Positions 8,784-19,045 of a stretch of 64,000 bases of DNA are shown here, one piece after another. Numbering within the stretch: position 1 is the stretch's first letter; the number at the start of each line of letters is the position of its first letter. Origin of the DNA: Obrimoposthia wandeli (Eukaryota); the NCBI GenBank assembly GCA_977020255.1, contig CDROCS010000253.1, positions 372,001 through 436,000 of the forward strand. The letters run 5' to 3'. The translations under genes were made by a program, and so were the position numbers. The notes below the pieces were generated by a model that did not search any database, was not told where the DNA came from, and saw nothing but the letters and a program-made list of their open reading frames with translations.

Positions 8784-10007
8784 CTAGAAACGATAATTCA
8801 CTCCTAGCACCGCCCAACTTGCCGCAAATTGGTTTGTTTGTTCGTAGCGATTAACCGCGAAATCAAGTTGCCATTCATTAGTCACTTGGTAGCTGATAGT
8901 TAAACCATAAGTGTCTGCAGAGAAACTACCTAAGCGAGTATCATTGCTACCATCACCACTGGCCATAAAGTATGGCTTTTCAACATTAGGATTAAGATAA
9001 AATGTAGCTTGGCTTTGTTCGTAGCGAATATATTCCGGGATGATAAATAAGCCATCAAACACTTCAAAACTGAAACTAGCACTCGTGGTATGAGAGCTTA
9101 TATTCCAGTTATCTTGATAATAGCGGTAGCTAAACTGACCGGTAAGCCATGGCCAGAATTGTGCTGAATAACTTAATTTAGTACCAAAACCATTACGAAT
9201 ATCAGGTCTACTATCAGCGGATAAAAAGTACTCATCATCCGTAATGGTATTGTCTTCGTTAATATCAATACCACGTAAAATGGTGAGGTAATGATTACTC
9301 AAGTAACCATTATCATGATTAAAGAATAACTTCATATCAAAAACACTGGTTGGTGATAAGACTTGAGTCAGCCCAGTTTCAAAATTTATCACTTGGATTT
9401 TTTCTTCAGTTCGGCTTTGATAACCCGTACCAAAAACTAAGGTTTCATCATTTAAGTAAGCAAAACCAATATTAACTGAGCGGTTTTTTCCCTTATCTAA
9501 AAACAATAAATATGACGCCGAAACACTGCTACTTTTATAGTCACTTTCTTTTGAATGGGCGACACCAATAGTCCATTCATTACGATAAACATCACGTATT
9601 GTTAGCGCGGCGGCGGCTGATTTTCTGGTATCTTCTAATGGCACTCTTTGTATTTGATAGCGGCTAACATCGTAGGCATAACCTAATAATGTTTCCTCTG
9701 TCATCGCTTGCCCTTGCTGAAGCTCATCTTGACGAAAAATAACCTCTGCATTAGAAACGCCTCCAGAGTTAGCTATTTGCCAAGTCGGTGATGCGCCAGT
9801 AACAGAGTCATAACCAAGTGATAAGTCCAAACTATAATCAACACCAAAATCTACTGTTAAGGCTAATGATGTGTCTGCAACCTTAATACGGTCGTCATCT
9901 TCTTGGTATTGCATTTGATGCAAAGACACTGTTTGTTCTGCTTGAGCTAGCCCTGAGCAAATGGCTGTACAGCCAAGTAAACTAATTTTAATTTTTTTAT
10001 TCATCAT
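8784..10007 (-). CDS. DUF3570-family outer-membrane beta-barrel with flavinylation motif DSVTGAS
   Basis: Signal peptide MMNKKIKISLLGCTAICSGLAQA; YQEDDDRIKV, YDSVTGAS, HSKESDY, YRYYQDNWNISSHT; terminal YRF; context with apbE/DUF4266/TlpA. Confidence 0.8.
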   Translation of the reverse strand: MMNKKIKISLLGCTAICSGLAQAEQTVSLHQMQYQEDDDRIKVADTSLALTVDFGVDYSLDLSLGYDSVTGASPTWQIANSGGVSNAEVIFRQDELQQGQAMTEETLLGYAYDVSRYQIQRVPLEDTRKSAAAALTIRDVYRNEWTIGVAHSKESDYKSSSVSASYLLFLDKGKNRSVNIGFAYLNDETLVFGTGYQSRTEEKIQVINFETGLTQVLSPTSVFDMKLFFNHDNGYLSNHYLTILRGIDINEDNTITDDEYFLSADSRPDIRNGFGTKLSYSAQFWPWLTGQFSYRYYQDNWNISSHTTSASFSFEVFDGLFIIPEYIRYEQSQATFYLNPNVEKPYFMASGDGSNDTRLGSFSADTYGLTISYQVTNEWQLDFAVNRYEQTNQFAASWAVLGVNYRF

Positions 10008-10038
10008 TTTCTCTTTAATGTTTGTAAATAAACCGAGT

Positions 10039-10641
10039 TTATTTACAACCACACCCCCCGCCTGCAATACCGTCGCCGCCTAAAGTGGCTGCTTTTGAAA
10101 TATATATTTTACTAGCGAATTTTTTCATCTCTGGTGCGACACCACCAGGTAACATAGCGGGTTCAGCTAATTTTTCTTTTTGCCACGGTTTTACTTCTTT
10201 CTCGATAAACCAACTGTCAATCCAAGTAAAACCTTTATTTAACCACTGACCTGCTGGGCTGACGGAAGGTGGGGCTTTTTGAGTAATAGGCGCAAGTGTC
10301 AATAAGGGAGTATCCTGCTTAACTTGCCCTATTTTATCTACCTGATTATTTACCTTGTTATTCTGCTGACTTTTGGCAGCCACTTTCCCCTGTTCAATAC
10401 TAGTTTCACCACTCGCTTCAATAGAAGCTGGCTGCATTGATCCACTAGCACGTCCTTTAGTTTTGTATCTTTTCACTACGTGGGTATTACTAACCACTTG
10501 CTCATTGACCTGAGCGAATACAAGCTCTTCACCTTGCCTCTCATTATTACTAACATCTACTGCTTTATTATCAGCTGCCATAACAAAAGTAGGTGAAAGC
10601 ACAAGAGCACTTATTAAGACTAAATAGTGTGTCTTGTTCAC
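10039..10641 (-). CDS. DUF4266-domain protein with long N-terminal extension
   Basis: C-terminal VKPWQKEKLAEPAM...GGDGIAGGGCGCK; GTG start overlaps the tlpA stop (GTGA). Confidence 0.8.
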   Translation of the reverse strand: MNKTHYLVLISALVLSPTFVMAADNKAVDVSNNERQGEELVFAQVNEQVVSNTHVVKRYKTKGRASGSMQPASIEASGETSIEQGKVAAKSQQNNKVNNQVDKIGQVKQDTPLLTLAPITQKAPPSVSPAGQWLNKGFTWIDSWFIEKEVKPWQKEKLAEPAMLPGGVAPEMKKFASKIYISKAATLGGDGIAGGGCGCK

Positions 10642-11186
10642 TTTAACGCTCCTAATTGAGTTAAATCTTGCTTTATCACTGCACCAATATTAGCAATGGC
10701 ACCCAACCTGATTCCTAATACTTTATTGTGTTGGATATAATACAAGGCAGGCATACCAATGGGTTCAAAAGTACTGATAACTTGCTGCTTTTGATCATCA
10801 ATAACGCGAAAAGATAATGAGATTTCTTTTAAAAATTTTGCCCCAACTTCTGAGTCTTCATCAACTTGTATACCAACAAACTCAACGTTATCACCACTTA
10901 ATTCTTGGGATAAATGATCAACTTCAGGCAGCTCTATACGACATGAAACACACCACGAAGCAAAAAAATCAACCAGACTAATTTTGTCAGGGTCAAGTGC
11001 CAACTTAGCGACTAGTTCATCGGGTAAACTATCACCTCGCTGTAATGCTTGTGCGGTACCTGTCAGAGCGAATAACAAAAGTAAACTAAACAGCACAGCT
11101 AGAGCACCATTAAAAATTTTATGCGTTCGATACTGGAAAAAATATCGCTGTGAAGAAAAATATAATGTGTTCATTTGGAGCCTCAT
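10638..11186 (-). CDS. Exported TlpA/ResA-like thioredoxin
   Basis: LVDFFASWCVSCRIELP (CxxC), GMPALY; signal ending AQA; TAATG overlap with tadG. Confidence 0.88.
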   Translation of the reverse strand: MRLQMNTLYFSSQRYFFQYRTHKIFNGALAVLFSLLLLFALTGTAQALQRGDSLPDELVAKLALDPDKISLVDFFASWCVSCRIELPEVDHLSQELSGDNVEFVGIQVDEDSEVGAKFLKEISLSFRVIDDQKQQVISTFEPIGMPALYYIQHNKVLGIRLGAIANIGAVIKQDLTQLGALK

Positions 11187-12493
11187 TAAGGGGTTAGCAC
11201 CAAGGTGCGTTTGTTATTTAAATCATCAATAATTTTTTTAAATACGCCTTTTAAATCATTGGCATAATTAGCAGTATAAAAATCACCTTCACTGGCGCAG
11301 AAGCGCATATTCTGTTCAGCAGTTGGGTCACTGTAGCTATTAGGAAAATACAAGGAAACTATGCGTATATCTAAAGTCTCCTTTATATAACTGCACAGCG
11401 GTAATTCATCTAAACGACAGATATCATAGCCCCCTGTAGAGTAACGACTTTCTTCCTTAATTAGCTTACACCAAGGGGTACTGCCACCCGGATCGCCATC
11501 AGAGATCAGTAAAACGACTTTTTGTGTTTCCTCATCTAAAAATTCACTCGGTAAGTTAGCTTGGTTAAAGGCGTGGTACTCCTGCCACTGTGGCGTTAAC
11601 ATACGAAGGCCCCATAACAAGCCTTGATCAATACTGGTGCCACCACTGGGAGCATTACTTTTGCCCGCATCAATAATAGCTTGGTCGATGATATTCCGAT
11701 CATCTGTTAATAATATGCGGGCGGCATTAGGGCCGGAACAACCAGTCTCGGTACTTTCTAATTCTAAATGGCTATCCACTGTTTGTTGTAATTGAGCATA
11801 ATTGAGGTACTGACTGATCCAAGGATAATCTGGATTCTGACTGTCACCACTGGTCAAATATTCAAAACAATGATTAGACTGCTCGTAGTAATCATTGGTC
11901 AATGAGAGGGTAATACCATCACTAAATGGTGTAATAGCAATTTTTGCTTGCTGATAGTGGCCCTTTTCAATGGTTAGTAAATCAGTTAGCTGCGCTAGAG
12001 TCGCTTGCATTTCATCAGTTTCACCCCACATTGAACCAGAGTAATCCATAATAATACTGAGCTCTAAATTTTGCTGACTCTGGTTAGGTTTAACTGTAGT
12101 TGAACCTTTAATCGTTATCGGTACTTGATCAGCAAGTAAGAGCGCATCAATCTCTGCACGAATACTTAACTGAAAAATGCCGTTGTCATTACTAATATTC
12201 ACGCTATCGCTGCTAATATCGCCTAAGCCATTAAATTGTTGAATAATGGCTGTTGCCGCCGATAAAGTGGTACCTTTTTTCGGATCCTCTCGTGAGGCTA
12301 TATACATGGTGGCAACTTCACTGGCATTACCGAGTTGAATTTGCTTGGCGAAGATGGCTGATACTGTGATGGCAATTCCCCCTAAAGCAAGTAGCGGTAA
12401 AGCAACTAACAGCGCGGCAATAAAGATCATGCCTTGTTGTTTCCTCAAAGAGGTACCATGAAAGCGAACGTTATGTTTACTATTCGTCATCAT
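11186..12493 (-). CDS. tadG: TadG-like pilus-associated vWA protein
   Basis: QQG + hydrophobic pseudopilin N-terminus; MIDAS elements IIMDYSGSM, GGTSIDQGL, LLISDG; start at 12493 with RBS. Confidence 0.8.
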   Translation of the reverse strand: MMTNSKHNVRFHGTSLRKQQGMIFIAALLVALPLLALGGIAITVSAIFAKQIQLGNASEVATMYIASREDPKKGTTLSAATAIIQQFNGLGDISSDSVNISNDNGIFQLSIRAEIDALLLADQVPITIKGSTTVKPNQSQQNLELSIIMDYSGSMWGETDEMQATLAQLTDLLTIEKGHYQQAKIAITPFSDGITLSLTNDYYEQSNHCFEYLTSGDSQNPDYPWISQYLNYAQLQQTVDSHLELESTETGCSGPNAARILLTDDRNIIDQAIIDAGKSNAPSGGTSIDQGLLWGLRMLTPQWQEYHAFNQANLPSEFLDEETQKVVLLISDGDPGGSTPWCKLIKEESRYSTGGYDICRLDELPLCSYIKETLDIRIVSLYFPNSYSDPTAEQNMRFCASEGDFYTANYANDLKGVFKKIIDDLNNKRTLVLTP

Positions 12494-13124
12494 ATGTCTT
12501 TTCTCTTCGCACCATAACGGCACGCGCATATAAATGACTAAAGTCACTGGCATCGCTAAACTTGGCAAATAAACTCATGCCAGTTATGTTCTGGCAAATT
12601 TGTACCATAAATAATATCGGTTCGTCTTTACCATTACTTGCTTTAGGTAAGCTACCGGCAACAGTATCGGTATCACGCCAAGCACAATCACCACTACCAT
12701 GGCTAAAACTGATAGGTTCACCAGCCGTATCTCGGTTATTAAACTCATAAACGCGCACCGCGATATCTTGTTGCGATAATTCATTACGGGCAATACGCGT
12801 TAACTCTGTCACTTGATCCTGTGCTAGCGGTAGTTCATCGTTGTCATCATCAGCGGTGGATAGATCAGGGTAATATTGTTGCCTATGGCTAATAATGGTC
12901 GCTAAGCTATAACTTAAGCGTTCAAGCTTACTTTGCTTTTGCAAGTAAGCTGTTAAATCAAAGATGAGTAAAACTACCATCAATAAAAAAGGTAAAACGG
13001 CGATAAACTCAAGTAAGACAACACCTTGTTGCTGAGCATAACGAGGCTGGCGTACCATAGAACAAGACTTAGCCGGCGCTGACATGTGATGAATACTTAT
13101 GGAATTACTCATGGAAGTACTCAT
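12480..13124 (-). CDS. tadF: TadF/TadE-like pseudopilin
   Basis: QQG-VVLLEFIAVLPFLLMVVLLIFD; start uncertain (13124-13148). Confidence 0.75.
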   Translation of the reverse strand: MSTSMSNSISIHHMSAPAKSCSMVRQPRYAQQQGVVLLEFIAVLPFLLMVVLLIFDLTAYLQKQSKLERLSYSLATIISHRQQYYPDLSTADDDNDELPLAQDQVTELTRIARNELSQQDIAVRVYEFNNRDTAGEPISFSHGSGDCAWRDTDTVAGSLPKASNGKDEPILFMVQICQNITGMSLFAKFSDASDFSHLYARAVMVRREKTYDDE

Positions 13125-13131
13125 ATTGAGA

Positions 13132-13605
13132 TTAATGCTTAGGCTCATGTTTCACCAAAATATCCGCACTAAAGGGAAACATATTTTGTAACCAAGGACT
13201 GAGTAAAGTCACCTGATAAGACACTTTATATTTAGCCAACAAGCCATTTTTATCTACGGCATTATTGTTTGTATCTTGGTTAGCAAGTTGTGTTGGTGAG
13301 CTATAAAAACTTGCCTGTTCAACGACAAGTTTACTGCTATCTAATAGTGAGCTTGGATTAGCAGTCATTGCATTGAGCAGTTGGCTTTGATAATTAGCGC
13401 CCGATGCAGAAGATAACTTGACCTTTCGAGCGGCTTCGCTCACAACATGATTCAGACTGGCATAGATAATAAGCCCGCGTGATAACTCTAATGCACTAAA
13501 GACAATAAACAAAAATATCGGCAGCACCAAAGCAATCTCCATTATCATGCTACCCCGTTGTTTTTGTTTACCACATGGAAAATATCTAATACTCGTGTTA
13601 ACCAA
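13132..13605 (-). CDS. tadE: TadE-like pseudopilin
   Basis: QRG-SMIMEIALVLPIFLFIVFSALE. Confidence 0.85.
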   Translation of the reverse strand: MVNTSIRYFPCGKQKQRGSMIMEIALVLPIFLFIVFSALELSRGLIIYASLNHVVSEAARKVKLSSASGANYQSQLLNAMTANPSSLLDSSKLVVEQASFYSSPTQLANQDTNNNAVDKNGLLAKYKVSYQVTLLSPWLQNMFPFSADILVKHEPKH

Positions 13606-14446
13606 GATCTTGCTCCTGGTTTACATCAAGCTTATTACTTTCACTAAATTGCAGGTAATATTTTATATTCTGCTCAATTTGCTCTTGGTTATAGTCTTTG
13701 GCTAAAACCCGTTTTGCTTGGCTTTTATTACCGTTAAGTGTCAAAGCAAAAGCCAAATTATTACGCATTTTTGCACTGCTACGCTGCTGCTGATATAAAG
13801 GTAATAATAACTTTATTGCGGGTAAATATTGCGCACGTAAAATATGATTTAATGCCAAGTTATTCTTAAACTCAACACTGCCAGGTGATAATGCCAATGC
13901 TTGCATTAAGTATTCATGGGCTGACTGGTAAGCATGCTGCCAACTATAGCTGACACCCAAACCATTGAGGCTGATAGTATCAAAAGCATTAAGGGTAATG
14001 GCCTGGCTAAATGCATGCTCTGCAGCTTGATAATCTTGTTGATCTAGATAATTTAAGCCCAGCTGACGCCACACTTTTACATTACTTGTCGACAGTTCAG
14101 TAACTTGTTTAAGGTAATGTACCGCCAACTCGTTTTGTTCAATGGTGCGATACGCTGAGGCTAAAGATAATAAAACATCAATTTTTGCTGCTGTTTCTTC
14201 CGCGCTTGCCTGGTAACCCTCATCGTCAGTGACTTTCATCTCTGCGCTAGCCAGTAACTTTTGGTATAAGGCAATGGCACTACGCATATCACCACTTTGC
14301 AAAGCAATATTTGCCAAAGTAGTTTCAGATAAATCAGCTTTTATCTGAGGCTCAGGACTTTGACAACCACTGAGTAACATAAAAGTAATAAAATTCAACA
14401 ATAAAAACTTCGCTTTCATAAACTTAGCTATAGATATTTTCTTCAC
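13598..14446 (-). CDS. tadD: TadD TPR lipoprotein (pilotin-like)
   Basis: LLSG-C lipobox; TPR repeats; NGLGVSY, NNLAL motifs. Confidence 0.85.
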   Translation of the reverse strand: MKKISIAKFMKAKFLLLNFITFMLLSGCQSPEPQIKADLSETTLANIALQSGDMRSAIALYQKLLASAEMKVTDDEGYQASAEETAAKIDVLLSLASAYRTIEQNELAVHYLKQVTELSTSNVKVWRQLGLNYLDQQDYQAAEHAFSQAITLNAFDTISLNGLGVSYSWQHAYQSAHEYLMQALALSPGSVEFKNNLALNHILRAQYLPAIKLLLPLYQQQRSSAKMRNNLAFALTLNGNKSQAKRVLAKDYNQEQIEQNIKYYLQFSESNKLDVNQEQDLG

Positions 14447-15351
14447 TATTGCATTCCTTTGAGTGCATCAACTAACAACGTAACTTGCGGTGCAACTAAA
14501 ATAAGTAATAAGGGTAAAAAGACCAATAACAGCATAGGCAAGGTTATTTTTGCGCTGAGTTTGGCGATATTTTCTTCCAACCTCAATTTACGCAACTCCC
14601 TTATCTCATCAGAGAAATTGCGTAACGTTTGCGCCAGTGGCGAACCAAAACGCTCTGCTTGGATCAGCACAGTGACTAATGCTTTAATTTCTTCTAACTG
14701 ATTACGATCTGCTAGTGCCATTAAGGCAACTTTTTTATCTGGATTAATTTTCATTTGTGCTAATGTTACTTGCCATTGTTTAGATAGTTGTGGGTAAACA
14801 TCAACTAATTGCTCACTGACCATAGTAAGACCACGTTCAAGCGTTGCACCAGATTCTAAACAAATAACTAACAACGCTAGGCTATCTGGTAGCGCTTTCG
14901 ATATTTCTGCTTGATTTCGCTTTTGTACTTGCTCTAAGTAGTAATCTGGAATTAAGTTAGCAATAAAAGCCATACCCGCAAATAACCAAAGTTTGCTGTT
15001 ATCGCTACTCATATCTTCCCCCCAAAAAGAGTAGGCTAATAAAAAGGCCAATAACGCAAAAGTCAGTTTGATTATCAATAAATATGTCAGCGCTTTAGGG
15101 TGTAGATAACCAGCACCATGCAGTGATGATGTTAACTTTACTGCTTCTCTTGTTAACCAATGACTCTCTTTTTGGGTAGTAAAAAGGGCTTCTCCGCTAG
15201 AAGAAACCTGTACGTTGTTGTGAATATGGTGTTGTAAACGCTGTTGCTGATACTCTTCTCGCAAAGACTTTTTTGCTAATAGCAATGTAAAAGCACAGCC
15301 AAAAACAAAAAGAAATATACTTGTCAGCATCCATAAATCAGCCAAAATCAA
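14446..15351 (-). CDS. tadC: TadC inner-membrane platform protein
   Basis: LPDSLALLVICLESG, QAERFGSPL, AKLSAKITLPM. Confidence 0.9.
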   Translation of the reverse strand: MILADLWMLTSIFLFVFGCAFTLLLAKKSLREEYQQQRLQHHIHNNVQVSSSGEALFTTQKESHWLTREAVKLTSSLHGAGYLHPKALTYLLIIKLTFALLAFLLAYSFWGEDMSSDNSKLWLFAGMAFIANLIPDYYLEQVQKRNQAEISKALPDSLALLVICLESGATLERGLTMVSEQLVDVYPQLSKQWQVTLAQMKINPDKKVALMALADRNQLEEIKALVTVLIQAERFGSPLAQTLRNFSDEIRELRKLRLEENIAKLSAKITLPMLLLVFLPLLLILVAPQVTLLVDALKGMQ

Positions 15352-15357
15352 TGCCCC

Positions 15358-16290
15358 TTACTCATCAACTTTACTCATTTTAGCGATAATATAAAGCCCT
15401 AAAATTATGCTAAGAGTTGAATACGTTGCAATTATTTGACCTCGTTCGTCATAAAGCAAATAGTCAAAAATATATTTGGCTTGGTACCAAAAAAGCAGTA
15501 AGAATAAAGGCGGCATTATCGCGATAATTTTTGCTGAGGTACGCGGTTCAGCGGTCATTGCTAAAACCTTTTGTTGCAAGGCTTTACGCTGATGTAAGTT
15601 TTCCATCAATTGCCGTAATATTTGTGACAACTGGCCGCCGGCATGTTGATTTAACAGTAAGGTCACGGTAAAAAATTTAAAGCTGGCAAGTTTTATCCGC
15701 AAAGTAGCATCTTGCAATGCTTGCTCTAATGAAAGACCTATGGCTAACAAGTTATTAATACGGGTAAAAGTATCACCTACTGGGCCAGCCATTTCTTCAC
15801 TCACATGAGCAATAGCCGCGGGTACTGATACACCTGCACTTACCGCTCGGCTAATACTGGCAATTGCCGTAGGGAAATCAGCTTCAAAATGCTGTAGTTG
15901 ACGTCGTTGCAACCAACGAACAACCGATATACTTATAACAATGTAAAAACAGATAAGCACTATTACCTGCCAATAAGCCGGTAATTTCAAAGTACTCCAC
16001 CATAAAATAGGTAGTAACAAGGCCGCAAAAATCCCCAAACGCCACGCCAGTTTTACTGGCACCACAGTTACTAACCGTTGTTGACGAACAAATAACCACA
16101 GTCGCCAGCCATGGTGCTGACCATTTTTATTAAATAATAATAACGCAGTACTGCCTCTTGACTTTAATGGTGCTAAATCAAGATAACGGTTAATACGGAT
16201 TGAATGTAAGCGCTGATTTTTTTGGTATTTAAACCAATAAAAAGCACTTACGATGGCTAAAGTAATTAGAATAAACAACAACGGAATCAT
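15358..16290 (-). CDS. tadB: TadB inner-membrane platform protein
   Basis: FPTAIASISRAVSAG, HAGGQLSQIL, AMTAEPRTSA. Confidence 0.9.
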   Translation of the reverse strand: MIPLLFILITLAIVSAFYWFKYQKNQRLHSIRINRYLDLAPLKSRGSTALLLFNKNGQHHGWRLWLFVRQQRLVTVVPVKLAWRLGIFAALLLPILWWSTLKLPAYWQVIVLICFYIVISISVVRWLQRRQLQHFEADFPTAIASISRAVSAGVSVPAAIAHVSEEMAGPVGDTFTRINNLLAIGLSLEQALQDATLRIKLASFKFFTVTLLLNQHAGGQLSQILRQLMENLHQRKALQQKVLAMTAEPRTSAKIIAIMPPLFLLLFWYQAKYIFDYLLYDERGQIIATYSTLSIILGLYIIAKMSKVDE

Positions 16291-17738
16291 GATAATTCCA
16301 GTGACTTTAACAGTTGTTCATCAAGGCCATAATAGCGAACTTTATCGAGACAATAAGGCTGTGTTTTATGACTAATAAATTCACCCGCTAACTCACCACT
16401 GGTTAATTCTCGACTGTATTTATAACTAAATAAGTCTTGTACTAATAAGTTTTCACCTTCAATACCAACCAACTCACAAATACTGGTTATACGCCTTTTA
16501 CCATCACGCATACGTTCAATCTGCATCACAATATCAATGGCTGAATTCATCTGTCTTTTTAGCGCTATCGGCGGTAAATTAACTTGCCCCATCAGTAACA
16601 TATTCTCTAATCGAATTAATGCGTCACGGGCAGAGTTAGCATGCAGGGTAGACATTGAGCCATCATGGCCGGTATTCATTGCTTGCATCATTTCAAAGGC
16701 TTCTTCACCACGCACTTCACCGATAATGATACGATCTGGTCGCATCCGTAGCGCATTTTTTAGCAAGTCTCTCAATGATACTTCTGCCCCGCCCTCTAAA
16801 CTAGCCGGACGGCTTTCGAGTGTTACCACATGAGCTTGTTGTAATTTGAGTTCAGCCGCATCTTCTATAGTCACAATACGTTCTTGTTCATCAATTTGAT
16901 AAGACAAGGCATTTAGCAGCGTAGTTTTACCGGCACCTGTGCCGCCAGAGACTAAGATATTAAGCCGGCAATGACTGGCAATTTTCAAGAAATTGACCAT
17001 GCCGTTAGACATCGCACCTTTGTCTGCTAGGTCTTGTAACTGCAAACCCATGGTCGAAAATTTTCGGATTGAGATGCTAGTGCCAGATAAACTTAATGGC
17101 GGAATAACAATATTGACACGACTGCCATCGGCTAATCTGGCATCGACCATAGGTTTACTTTCATCGATACGACGACCAACCGCCGAGGCGATACGACGCG
17201 CGACATGTAATAAATGGTTTTCATCTCGAAATCTGGCGTTAGTCAGTACTAACTTACCACTACGCTCAACATAAACTTTGTCAAAACCATTGATCAAAAT
17301 ATCATTAACACTGTCATCATCAAGCAAAGACTGTAGCGGGCCTAAACCCAGCATATCTGCCAATAATAACTGAGCTATTTGCTGCTGCGCTTGATAAGTT
17401 AATGGCAAACGTTGCTGATTAGCGATAGTGCTTACCGCTTGTAATATGCGTTCGGCAAGTTCGTCTTGCTTTAATTTGGTCGCTACTGAGGGATCAATAC
17501 TGGCAAAAATCTGCTCACGGATCACTTGATATACTTGCGTATCTACTTCAACAGTCGACTGACTATTATCATGATGATTTATTTGAACATCTTGCTTTAA
17601 AGTAATCGGTAAATCTTGACTACTGAGTGGCAATGGATCCGTTGATAAAACAGAATCTACTATAGGCTTTATTGCCGACTGCTCATTGCTTAGTAAAGCT
17701 GGCTGGTTATTAGGTTGACTAACCTTACGACCAAACAT
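16287..17738 (-). CDS. tadA: TadA/CpaF pilus assembly ATPase
   Basis: Walker A GGTGAGKT, TIEDAAEL, LRMRPDRIIIGEVRG, MNTGHDGSMSTLHAN. Confidence 0.95.
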   Translation of the reverse strand: MFGRKVSQPNNQPALLSNEQSAIKPIVDSVLSTDPLPLSSQDLPITLKQDVQINHHDNSQSTVEVDTQVYQVIREQIFASIDPSVATKLKQDELAERILQAVSTIANQQRLPLTYQAQQQIAQLLLADMLGLGPLQSLLDDDSVNDILINGFDKVYVERSGKLVLTNARFRDENHLLHVARRIASAVGRRIDESKPMVDARLADGSRVNIVIPPLSLSGTSISIRKFSTMGLQLQDLADKGAMSNGMVNFLKIASHCRLNILVSGGTGAGKTTLLNALSYQIDEQERIVTIEDAAELKLQQAHVVTLESRPASLEGGAEVSLRDLLKNALRMRPDRIIIGEVRGEEAFEMMQAMNTGHDGSMSTLHANSARDALIRLENMLLMGQVNLPPIALKRQMNSAIDIVMQIERMRDGKRRITSICELVGIEGENLLVQDLFSYKYSRELTSGELAGEFISHKTQPYCLDKVRYYGLDEQLLKSLELS

Positions 17739-19045
17739 TATGTTTTACCACTGGCTTTTTTATACCAAGTACGCAAAGGCATCAAACGTGTTAGTAACGA
17801 GTTATTAGTTGGTAAATTAACGTCTAGAATATCATTACTTAATGCTAATAAACTTCGGCCTACGGCATGAAGTTCACTTAATAAAGACTCGCCTAATTCA
17901 GCCGCTTTTAACACTTTTTTCGGCGCATAAGGCAATACATGATCAAAATTTCTTCCTAAGTGCTCCGCTAATATAGTTTGCGATAAACTATGTTCACTAT
18001 TACCGTGTAATAGATTTAATACTAATAAAGTCCGCTGAGCGTACCTTTGTTCTCCCAACTGGCTTAATAATGCTTTGCACTGACGTAAACTTGCTAACGT
18101 TGGGCTACACACTATCACTTGCACGTCAGCATTAAACAAGGTGTCTGCTATGCCTGGCTCAATAAGTAAATGTGCAGGTAGATCCCAAACCAAATAGTTA
18201 AACTCATCGGCTAATACTTGTGCTAATTTCTGATGATTTTGACTGTTAAAATGATACTTTTGCCCTAAAGATTTCAGTAAATACAAGCGTGGTTCTATTT
18301 GTAAACAAGATCTTTCTATCAGTAATTTGTCAACGTTTTGATGTTCATTAAGCAACTTTATCAAGCCAACGCCAGCATTAGTATTGGCATTAAGTAATAA
18401 GTCGATGTCACCGCCATAACAATTAAGATCGGTGACTAAGGTTTTAGCGCCATGATGAGCAAATGCTCTCGCTAAATTAGCGGCGATAGTAGAAACCCCA
18501 ACACCACCACTACAGCCAGCAATGGCAATACTTTTTCCATTACCAACCCTAGCAGTTTTTTCTACCTTACCCGTTGTTCGCCCTAACGCATGTAACAATA
18601 AAGATTGGTTTAATGGTTTACATAAATAATCATCAATACCCATATTTTTCAATTCACGGTATAAATCAACATTATCACTGCTACCAATGACCAGAACTCG
18701 TGTGCCCGGCTCACATACATTAGCCAATGCATTTATTGAGGTGATAACTCCCTCTTCTTCATCTATATCTACAATAAGAATTTTAGGTGATTGATTATCA
18801 CGCAGGTAGCTGATGGCATAATCTATATTGCCATTAAGCGTCTTAGTGGTATTCGCATGAACTCCCGGCGTGCCTGTATTAAGGCTTTTCATTGATGTCG
18901 AAAAGTTACTGAATACTTTATTTAATAACAGCTCATTACTTTTATCGGTTACAAAAGCGAGCAAACTATCAGCCTGTTGCTGACCTTTATGCGGACCTAT
19001 ATGAGAAATAACACTTTGAGAAGCATTGATAACAGAATTCGTCAT
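17738..19045 (-). CDS. tadZ: TadZ/CpaE pilus localisation ATPase
   Basis: Receiver-like N-terminus plus ParA/MinD-like domain with deviant Walker A GCSGGVGVST. Confidence 0.88.
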   Translation of the reverse strand: MTNSVINASQSVISHIGPHKGQQQADSLLAFVTDKSNELLLNKVFSNFSTSMKSLNTGTPGVHANTTKTLNGNIDYAISYLRDNQSPKILIVDIDEEEGVITSINALANVCEPGTRVLVIGSSDNVDLYRELKNMGIDDYLCKPLNQSLLLHALGRTTGKVEKTARVGNGKSIAIAGCSGGVGVSTIAANLARAFAHHGAKTLVTDLNCYGGDIDLLLNANTNAGVGLIKLLNEHQNVDKLLIERSCLQIEPRLYLLKSLGQKYHFNSQNHQKLAQVLADEFNYLVWDLPAHLLIEPGIADTLFNADVQVIVCSPTLASLRQCKALLSQLGEQRYAQRTLLVLNLLHGNSEHSLSQTILAEHLGRNFDHVLPYAPKKVLKAAELGESLLSELHAVGRSLLALSNDILDVNLPTNNSLLTRLMPLRTWYKKASGKT

